A DNA stretch of 64,000 nt from Macrostomum lignano (taxonomy: Eukaryota): positions 248,222 to 312,221 of the forward strand of contig NIVC01001330.1 of assembly GCA_002269645.1 (NCBI GenBank), given 5' to 3'. The position numbers were made by a program, and so were the translations under genes. How positions within the stretch are numbered: position 1 is the first letter of the stretch; every line of letters starts with the position of its first letter. Of this stretch, positions 56,521 through 64,000 are shown in pieces. Under the pieces are notes generated by a model. The model was given only the letters and a program-made list of their open reading frames with translations. It did no database searches and had not been told where the DNA came from.

Positions 56521-58128
56521 TTAGTTCGCAGACATTATCTGGTTCTCATAAAAAGAACCCAATATTTCTTCACCATCCTTATCAGCAATTATATAGGTTG
56601 TAGGATTTGTATTTAAAACTTTACTGATGGTAAATTTCTCACTTATTTTCCAATATCCTTTTCTTCCCTTTTCAAACTTATCTTTCCATTTATAGATATA
56701 AACAGAATCACCAACCTTAAAACCTTTAGTTTTCTTTTTTTCAAAATCTCCAAAAGTAACCCTAACATTTTCAGGATTGTTATAAGCTTGTTGAGGAGTC
56801 ATCTTTATCGCCGAATGATATGAATTGTTATAATCTTTCACTACCTCTGGTAATATTTTTACCCATTTTTGGTTACCATTAAGACTAAACTGAAACCATA
56901 ATTTCTTACCTAAAGTTCTATTAAATCTTTCTATTAATGCGTTTTTACTCTCTCCATAAATAGAATAAATTTTATTAATATACTCCCCATTCGCGTCCTT
57001 TTTCCTTTCTTGTCCTTTTTCAAAATGATACAATTTATACATGTGAGGATTGTAAAATTCTTTTCCTTCGTCAACACACAACCTTTCACTTTTTTCTCCA
57101 AGACTTCTAAAAGCAGCAGCAACCTCCTCTCCCTTTTTGGATTTTAAAGGAACAGCCCACGCGTATCGAGTAAAACCATCTAATATGGTTAAGATATATT
57201 TATATCCTCTTTCGTTCGGCATCGACATTAAATCAGCATACCAAATTTCATTCTTTTTGAAGTTCATGATTTTTCTATAAAATTTAGGTTTTCGATATTC
57301 TTTATGAAGAATCTTTGCCTCATCAGAACTTAACCCGCCGCCACTTAACAACAAACACTCAACACAATTATTTCCATGTTGATTATAATTAATTCCCAAA
57401 CCAAATTTAACTTTAGACTGCAAGATCTTTTTAACCATCCACCTAGTTAATTTTTGACCTACCGATAATCCCTGCAAGTTATCTAATCCTTGAATCATTT
57501 TTTGATCGGCTTCATGTTTTAATCTTAATGCTTCCTCGGGTGTGTTCTTATCAGCATCTCTGTATGCTAAGTCATGATAGTATGCTAACCAATCAATTCC
57601 ATTTATGGGAATTGAATCGGCTTTTGGGGTGTCATCAGGATTTAATCTCAAATCTAAGCGAGTGCCGGGTAGTTTACCCTCAATCTTTCGAAAGAGGCTG
57701 GAGCACACCTTAAGCGGCGATAATTACCGCCCATCTCCGTCTGCTCTCTGAACCTTCTCCTTATATTTAAAATACTTAGGAGCTTGGCTGCGCATTGCCA
57801 CCGTGTCTTCAAGCTTTTTACCATCGAACCATAGGTTCGCGGACGAAGTCCGATTGGGAAGAGGAGTTACCTCTGTTCCTTCAAAAGATTTCTCAATTGA
57901 AGTGGTACTTGAAGCTGTATGACGGGTTTCACGCAATTTGGAGATGTCGCCACAAATAGTGACTAGCAAGGACATTGCCTTCCTCACTCAGGCCACGGGT
58001 TAACCTGTGAAGTTCATTGATGGTAGGTGTAGCTCACCCGTATACCTCCCAGTAGTAAATATTGGTGGTAAGCTTGTTAATCCTTTTTGAACATCTAAAA
58101 ATCCTCCTTCAAATACTATTTGGTTCAT
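56521..58128 (-). CDS. PLA2X (parvovirus-VP1-like phospholipase A2)-retroviral-like integrase fusion, two exons separated by a group I intron; predicted 424 aa after splicing
   Basis: Exon 1 58128-58003 (MNQIVFEGGFLDVQKGLTSLPPIFTTGRYTGELHLPSMNFTG) joins in frame to exon 2 57669-56521 (PGTRLDLRLNPDDTP...PINGIDWLAYYHDLAY...). This restores the ELHLPxxNFTGPGT Ca-loop and the HD catalytic motif. Integrase DDE triad: WYADL, LCVDEGKEF, ALIERFNRTL; C-terminal FKVGDSV and GSFYE. Confidence 0.88.
57670..58002 (-). ncRNA. Group I intron, subgroup IC1-like, 333 nt, no homing endonuclease ORF
   Basis: Sense strand: P1 exon CAGGU with GCCUG (U.G at the 5' splice site); P2.1 CUAGUC...GGCGAC; P3 AUCUCC (57945-40)/GGAGAU (57738-33); P motif AAAUUGCGUGAAA (57939-27); Q CAAUGCGCAGCC (57797-86); P5a CUUCAAGU/GCUUGAAG with an A-rich bulge; P5b CUUCAA/UUGAAG with GAAA loop; P6 GCC/GGU and CUCCU/AGGAG; R GGUUCAGAGAGCAGA (57754-40); P8 GGCGGU/AUCGCC; S AAGGUGUGCUCC (57711-00); P9 with GAAA loop. 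The last base reads A rather than the expected omega-G. Confidence 0.9.
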
Positions 58129-58612
58129 TTTTAATGTTTAAAAAACATGTTTCTATCAATTTAATAATTTCTAAATATTGGTCACCATATAAAAAATTTA
58201 AAGCAAATTCCCCAGTTAACAAGGTAACTCCATTATCAAATACTTTTTGTACGGGGTTTTTAGTAGTATTATTAATGCAAATATAATATAAATCAAATTC
58301 GGGATTAACATATTTAAATTCTAATAACTTTTGAATATTTCTAAATCGACTTGATGAATTATCTGTGTTATCAGAAGATTTTAACTCTAACGCAACTTTT
58401 CTTTCTGTATGAATTAAATCAATTTTATTTACTTTTTCAAAACCAAAATGTTTAATAGCTAATAATTCATAAAGAGATCCAAGTCTCATTTGTATTGTTT
58501 TAATACGGTTTGCAATTATTAATTCATCTTGAAATATTTTATTTAGTATTCTGTCAGAACCAACTTTATCATAAATAGGCTTACAAAGGTGGTCTTTTAT
58601 TGTTTCATCCAT
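58109..58612 (-). CDS. PD-(D/E)xK nuclease resembling type II restriction endonucleases (Eco47II/Sau96I-like), 167 aa
   Basis: Motif order G.LYE...IDLI.....ALELKS..NTDNSSS; probable start at the TAAAATG (58612) rather than the upstream TTG; its stop overlaps the start of PLA2X exon 1. Family call is from motif memory, not a search. Confidence 0.6.
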   Translation of the reverse strand: MDETIKDHLCKPIYDKVGSDRILNKIFQDELIIANRIKTIQMRLGSLYELLAIKHFGFEKVNKIDLIHTERKVALELKSSDNTDNSSSRFRNIQKLLEFKYVNPEFDLYYICINNTTKNPVQKVFDNGVTLLTGEFALNFLYGDQYLEIIKLIETCFLNIKNEPNSI

Positions 58613-58640
58613 TTTATAAAAAAATAAATTTAACAATTAA

Positions 58641-59312
58641 TTAAACTCCAGTATGTCCAGCAGCTTTCGCAGCAGCTAAAACAAGTTTTCGCGGTGTTTT
58701 AAATCCATCACCAACAGCTGGTTTGTTATTTATAGAATTAACAATCCATTTATACAAGCTGGTATTTTTAACAGCTCCTCCTAACTCATCATAAAAAATT
58801 CTAGCACTTATTAATTCATCCCTAGTATATAAATCGGGGTTAAATTTTACCCTAGGGTTCGTAATAATATTAAATGCTCCGCCCAATTCTCTATATAGTT
58901 CATTTCGATCTTTAACAACGTTACCAATTCGATAATTACCACCACCTAAATCTGTCACAGCAATACTAGTTGGTGCAGGTCTCGGATATTGTTCAACTCC
59001 ACCCCTAATCTCTTCACGTCTAATTTCTGCAACTCTAAATATTGCTTGATCAGTCTCATAAGCAGGCGGCTCATCCAAAATTTCATCCTCTTTTGGCTCC
59101 GTATTTTTAGCAATTTTTTCCAGAAGATCTTTATCTGTTTTTTCTAGTTCACTAATTTTCCCAGTAATAGGATTAACAAAAGGAGCAGCAAATCTTTCAC
59201 CCGCTAATTGTATTCCTAACTTTCTTTTTTGTAAATTCCTAACAAAATCAGAATATCTTTGCTTCTCTTTATAAATCGCTAACTCTCCATCAACGTCCAT
59301 AAATTGACTCAT
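58641..59312 (-). CDS. Polinton hypothetical (possible virion core) protein, 223 aa
   Basis: Intact ORF with TAAAAAATG start, divergent from the capsid gene; N-terminal charged helix followed by PF..PI; function not assignable. Confidence 0.7.
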   Translation of the reverse strand: MSQFMDVDGELAIYKEKQRYSDFVRNLQKRKLGIQLAGERFAAPFVNPITGKISELEKTDKDLLEKIAKNTEPKEDEILDEPPAYETDQAIFRVAEIRREEIRGGVEQYPRPAPTSIAVTDLGGGNYRIGNVVKDRNELYRELGGAFNIITNPRVKFNPDLYTRDELISARIFYDELGGAVKNTSLYKWIVNSINNKPAVGDGFKTPRKLVLAAAKAAGHTGV

Positions 59313-59346
59313 TTTTTAACATAAAAAACTTTTTTAACTTAAAAAA

Positions 59347-60883
59347 ATGGCTGAAACAAAAACTATGTGGAGTGATAAATTTCATTTCAAAAAGCACCGA
59401 CAGTATATTAATGAGGTCAGAGCAAGAGATTTAAATTATACCCTACCAACAAGTGATAATTCAAATAACTTTACTACTGGAACGGTAACTTTTGACATCG
59501 GCGCAACCAACACTATATTGGATATGAAAAATGCGTTTTTCCGCGTTAGATGGTTGTATACTAGAAATGATGGAACTGCTCTTGCAGCCGGAGATATCGC
59601 AGATCGATCCGGAATAATAATAGAAAATGATTGGTTTTATAAATGTTTTTCCCAAGCAAAACTGTTAATGGTGCTGAGGTTGAGACATCATCAAACCCCG
59701 CAGAGATTAATGGAGTTTTGAAACATTTAAATTATACTTATTTATCAAAACAAGTTGGTGATAATGTTGGGTGGATGCCGGATAAAGGTAACGGTCAAGC
59801 AGTAGTTTTCCCTAATGTACAAAACGCAGCCGGTGCAGATACTGCAGCGCTAATTGTTTACCTTAATACAAACATAGTTCCAGTTGTAACCACTATGACT
59901 AATACAAAAGATATTAATACTGGTTTTATAGATCGTCAGAATAAATTCCCAGTCGCGGTTTTAACCACAGCAACAGCATATGAGCAGGACTTTTCAATCT
60001 TTCCACTATTTGGGTTTTCTCACCAAATCGGGTATGGAAAGGATTAAAATTTGGGATACAGTTGCAAATATCTGGTGGATATCAGCCTAGGATACTTTAT
60101 GGAACCTCAATTTCAACCGATATAGCAGTTCGTATAGATTCAATTCAATTAGTCGTACCAACTATTGAGGTAACAGCCCCACTTTTAAAACACATCGATA
60201 ATCAGTTAACGCATGATCAGGAAATATTTTATTTGAATCGTCGACATTTTATGCGAACCATTAATAATAACCAGGATTCATTCCAGTGGCAAATACTGAC
60301 ATCAAAACGTCGGGTGAGATATATTTTTGTTTGGTTTAAGATAACAAATAGAAGGAGTAAAAGAGCAAATGGGATTTATATTGGCTTCAATCCGGTGCGC
60401 ATAGCAGAACAAGCAGCCACCGCAACAGACAATGCGGCTGCAGCTATTAACGAGTTTAATGTTCAGAATATCCGCCTGCAGGTTGATGATCAATATTATC
60501 CGGTTAAAGACCCCCTAAATTTAAATATAGCAAATAATAATGTTAATGATTTTATAAAATATTATCAAGATTATGCTAAAAATGAAGCGTATGCCGTCCC
60601 TCAGTACACACACAGAGTTTCTAAACATTCATCCAGTGGTTGTTTATGATCTAACGGCACAGAAAGAAAACGTAGCCAATATTGGACTTAATTATATGTT
60701 AGAGATTAATAAAACCGGTAATCAGGCACTTGACGCCACGTATTGTTTCTAGAGGAATATATGTCAATTGCTAAAGCTGATGCACGATTGTTCGGGACGC
60801 ACTTTAGCTCGCACTGCAAAGCATCAACACCTGTAAAAATGGTGCAGGTCTCGACCGTCGCGCTATTTAAATTATTTCTTTAA
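59347..60883 (+). pseudogene. Major capsid protein (double jelly-roll, hexon/PY-like), broken by several 1-nt indels
   Basis: Fragments in shifting frames: ILDMKNAFFRVRW...ENDWFYKCFSQAKL.VNGAEVETS.NPAEINGVLKHLNYT; IDSIQLVVPTIEV; FQWQILTSKRRVRYIFVWFK; NIRLQVDDQYYP; YDLTAQKE. Size and position fit a Polinton MCP; the C-terminal end is uncertain. The indels could be sequencing errors. Confidence 0.75.
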
Positions 60884-60884
60884 A

Positions 60885-61669
60885 ATGGTAAAGGCAAAAC
60901 ACGATAAGATATTCCAAATGATCCTTTTCTTTGTTTAGTAATTGGTGGTCGGGTAAAGGAAAAACACACTTGTTTATCGATTTATTAACAACGATGGAAT
61001 GCTAGACTATAATAATTTAATAATATTATACTAACAAACCTAGAATAAAATATTATGAATTTCTTAAACATGGATTAAAAAACAAATTAAAAAAAGATGT
61101 CTTGTTTAGAATGTTAAGAGCATATGAGCAATATGAGGATGATGACGAACCGCGATTTAATCTAGCAGACATTGAGGATTTATGTAAAACAATGGCACAA
61201 CAGCCAGAAAACATCACCGATCGCCCCGAAGGGTCGCGGACTTCGTCCGATCGCCCAACTGTATAGAGTATCAACCCGATTAGCCTATGATCAAATTCCA
61301 AACATGATAAAACACTAATTATTTTTGATGATTGTATTAATGACGGTGATCAAGAATTGCAAAAGGAAATTTTGTTAGTGTGTAGAGGAGATGGAATTGG
61401 AGCTTTTTATCTTACTCAATCCTTTAGAGAATTAGAATCGATTATAAAAAAGAATGCTAGCTTGTTGTGTAATGTTTGATTTAGATAACTATGATCTACA
61501 AAATATTCACGCTAGATTTAATCCCGGGATTGGATGCAAAACCATTTAAAAGTATGTGTAAAAAAATTTGGGATGATAGCCAATACAAACATATTTATAT
61601 CAATCCGAGGTTAGAAAGGAAAAATAGAATTTAAAAAATTTGATAAAAGACGATGAGGAAGAAGAATGA
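60885..61669 (+). pseudogene. Genome-packaging ATPase (A32/FtsK-like), frameshifted
   Basis: IPNDPFLCLVIGGR[G]KGKTHL (Walker A with one base missing), KTLIIFDDC (Walker B), AFYLTQSF and KKNAS; in-frame stops and indels present. Confidence 0.85.
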
Positions 61670-61719
61670 TCGTCCCATAGGTCGCGTACCTCTCGGTACG
61701 TTAATTTCCCACTATAAAA

Positions 61720-62501
61720 ATGACTACAAATTTAAATACTATAAAACACATTGGTAGATCGAACTAATTCAAAATTTAGTACAACATTACAGTTATAATG
61801 ACAACCAGCGAGCAACGGATTCAATTGCGCGATCCATTACAATTGATCAAAGCCTAAGTTATCAAATAGGTTTAATACTATTTTCGGTTTTCAACATGCC
61901 TCAATTAATTAATGCAACAAATAATCAATTTAGATATTTAAGATTCCGGAGCCAATTGGAACAACATTTAGCGCTTAACCCAGGAGCGTATAGCTATACT
62001 GATTTGAATGCTTATATAGAAGGAGAATTAACAACTAATGGTGATTGGTAGCAGGAGCAATTGTTATAGGTGTTGATTTACCGTCTGGCAGATTCACACT
62101 ATCACTAGGATCCGGATATCAGGTTGATTTCACAATTGCAAATTCACTCAGAACCATACTTGGATTTAATTCCCGAATAGTTACCACATCAAGCACCGGT
62201 GATACAGTTGGAAATATAGAGGGTGGAGTAAATACAATTAATATAACAACCGACATATCAAACGGTGGTTATATAACAGACGATAACGGAGTTTTGGTTC
62301 AACGTGGAATTATTTATTCAATCCCATTTCTTGCTGTTCCAATTGGAGAGAAAATGATTGTATCACCTCAAACCCAATATATTACCCATTAAATCAATAT
62401 AATGTTCAATCAATTTATATTAGGATTGTAGATGAAAGCGATAGATTAATAAGTTTTGGTGGGCATCAATAACATAATTTTTACGTATAAAACAGGTTTA
62501 A
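61720..62501 (+). pseudogene. Minor capsid protein (penton, single jelly-roll), frameshifted
   Basis: LRTILGFNS...VNTINITTDISNGGY...GIIYSIPF.AVPIGEKMIVSP...IRIVDESDRLISFGG pattern typical of Polinton pentons. Confidence 0.75.
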
Positions 62502-62513
62502 TCGTATGTAAAA

Positions 62514-62693
62514 ATGGGTAATAATAATATAATTTAACTAAAAAAACAATCAGAAAAAGTTAAAAAAGCTGAAGATAATTACGAACTAGAACTAGCAAAA
62601 TTAAGGCAGTTACAAGCTGATAAAATAAGAAAGGAATTGTTAAAACCCACACCTACGAAACTAACTAAAACCAAGAGTTTTTCAGGAACATAA
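62514..62693 (+). pseudogene. Small coiled-coil ORF (~59 aa) beginning MGNNN, one apparent indel
   Basis: TAAAAATG start; KKQSEKVKKAEDNYELELAKLRQLQADKIRKELLKP after restoring one base. Confidence 0.4.
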
Positions 62694-62694
62694 A

Positions 62695-63130
62695 ATGACC
62701 ATGACGTGGGATGATTTTAAACAAAGATATGGAACGACACAACAAGCAATATCGAATTAACAAATTGGGCGAGGCAGTTAAAAATAAAACCATTCAGATG
62801 TGTTATGCGAGATGAGATAAAGACTTACCACAATATGGATCTTTCATTGTTAATATTGAAACAACAAAAGAAAATGGTGTTCATTGGTCAGCAGTTTATT
62901 CAAAACCAAAACTTGTTTATTTTTGATTCATACGCGCTTCCTCCGTTACAGGAAATAAAAGACAAATTTAATCATACTAAAAATCGTTTATGTGGAGATC
63001 ATCACGAACAATTTCAAACTTTGATAAAAGTTATTGCGGGCAAGCGGCGTTGTATTTTTTATATCGACTTTCGAATGAAGCTCGTGTAAACCCCGAAGTA
63101 TTTAAGACTATTTTAGACTCTATAAAATAG
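62695..63130 (+). pseudogene. Adenain-like (Ulp1 family) cysteine maturation protease, frameshifted
   Basis: Catalytic H-D-Q-C in order: IVNIETTKENGVHWSAV, FIFDSYALPP, FQT.DKSYCGQAALYFL across 1-nt frameshifts. Confidence 0.85.
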
Positions 63131-63140
63131 ACAGTAAAAA

Positions 63141-64000
63141 ATGTTATTTTCTGGAACACCCTCATGGAACGGAACAACAAGTAGTCTGGTGGTGGCACAT
63201 CTGGGGAATAAGTGTTACATTTGGAGATAATCGATATATTAATGAAGATGAAGGTTATAAAAAAAGTGAAGTTGATACTAAACTAAATTTAAAAAGAAAC
63301 GTTGCAGATTCCTATACTAAAACTCAAATAGATGATTCACTAAATCTGAAACGGAACGTAGCCGATTCCTATACCAAAACCGAAGTTGATAATTCATTAA
63401 ATTTAAAACGCAATACAGCCGATTCTTATACCAAAACGAGAGTTGATAATTCATTAAATTTAAAACGCAATAACGATTCTCTTATACCAAAACCGAAGTT
63501 GATAATTCATTAAATTTGAAACGGAACGTAGCCGATTCTTTATACCAAAAACCGAAGTTGATAATGGATTAAATTTAAAAAGAGATGTAACTGATTCTTA
63601 TTTCGAACTGATTCTGATTCACGTTATGTTCAAACCCCGCAAACGCGGAAACCTAGATATGAGCAACAACCGAATTATAAATGTTTCAATTACAACTAGT
63701 GATTCAGTGGTTGATAGAACTATGTCGATAATCAAAGTTGCCACTCGTTGGTAATATTAATATGAATAATTTTAAATTAACAAATTTATTATTTGGAACA
63801 GAGAACGCAGACTCGATAACTCTAGGCCAAGTAACGAGCGAGCTAATGCAACCGACGCCGATATTTTTACCACGCCGCTTACATCAAATACTTCAAATCC
63901 TGATGTTGTTCTTACAGCATCTGAAAATGGCAAACAGCTTTTCGAGTTGGAGATGGAAGCCTTGCGACACAATGGTCACCAATACCGGAACACAACCAAT
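63141..64000 (+). pseudogene. Fibre-like protein with 19-aa (57-bp) tandem repeats KRNVADSYTKTEVDNSLNL, frameshifted, runs toward the window end
   Basis: About 6-7 repeats at 63260-63605 followed by LDMSNNRIINV...YVDN, a pattern common in viral fibre/tail proteins. Confidence 0.6.

Larger units (their letters stand above)
55630..64000. mobile_element. Endogenous Polinton/Maverick (adintovirus-type), left ~8.4 kb; continues beyond the window
   Basis: Abrupt switch to AT-rich, compact ORFs without spliceosomal introns; 5' AGTAGT terminal tandem repeat typical of protein-primed Polintons; retroviral-like integrase, PLA2X, capsid, ATPase, penton, adenain and fibre-like genes. pPolB and the right TIR are not in the window. 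Confidence 0.93.

Noticed and set aside
57670-57708. GTG start at 57708 for the 395-aa integrase ORF
   Set aside because: These 13 codons are the intron S/P9 region; the conserved PLA2X N-terminus lies in exon 1 at 58128-58003 behind a TAAAAATG start.
57724-57987. 87-aa minus-strand ORF inside the intron as a homing endonuclease or maturase
   Set aside because: It runs through the catalytic core (P3-P8) rather than a loop, is short, and has no LAGLIDADG, GIY-YIG, HNH or His-Cys motif; a chance ORF.
57670-58002. Spliceosomal intron or MITE explanation for the 333-nt insert
   Set aside because: No GT...AG pair restores G-P-G-T, and there are no terminal inverted repeats or target duplication, whereas all group I core helices are present.
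60776-60790. Hammerhead ribozyme starting at CTGATG
   Set aside because: CUGAUGA is not completed (CUGAUGC) and no matching GAAA/UH core with three stems could be drawn.
55630-64000. Bacterial or phage contaminant joined by misassembly
   Set aside because: The gene set (retroviral-like integrase, adenain, PLA2X, DJR capsid) and AGTAGT terminus are Polinton hallmarks, and the junction cuts a host satellite unit cleanly.

Overview
Eukaryotic (invertebrate animal) genomic DNA. The GC-rich spliced genes, polyQ tracts and dense intronic minisatellites resemble a flatworm such as Macrostomum; that host assignment is inference only. Host genes in 1-53.3 kb: a 9-exon small-conductance Ca-activated K channel (SK/KCNN, +), a Nar1/NARFL/CIAO3 Fe-S assembly gene (-, first exon not found), PCF11 (+), an orphan single-exon ORF, and a secreted C-type-lectin-like gene. 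From 55630 to the window end lies the left part of an endogenous Polinton/Maverick (adintovirus-type) inserted in a minisatellite. It has an AGTAGT terminus, PLA2X-integrase, a restriction-endonuclease-like ORF, and major capsid, packaging ATPase, penton, adenain protease and fibre-repeat genes, the structural ones broken by single-base indels. The standout observation is a 333-nt insertion (57670-58002, minus strand) that splits the conserved NFTG|PGT motif of the PLA2X-integrase gene. It folds by hand into a complete subgroup IC1 group I intron (P1-P9, P5abc, covarying P3/P4/P7). This is a putative self-splicing ribozyme in a protein-coding gene of a virus-like transposon in an animal nuclear genome, next to a free-standing nuclease ORF. 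The element also carries GC-rich double-hairpin insertions, a fold-back terminus and a TA(n)TG start motif on nearly every ORF. All analysis was by eye; no searches or folding programs were run.
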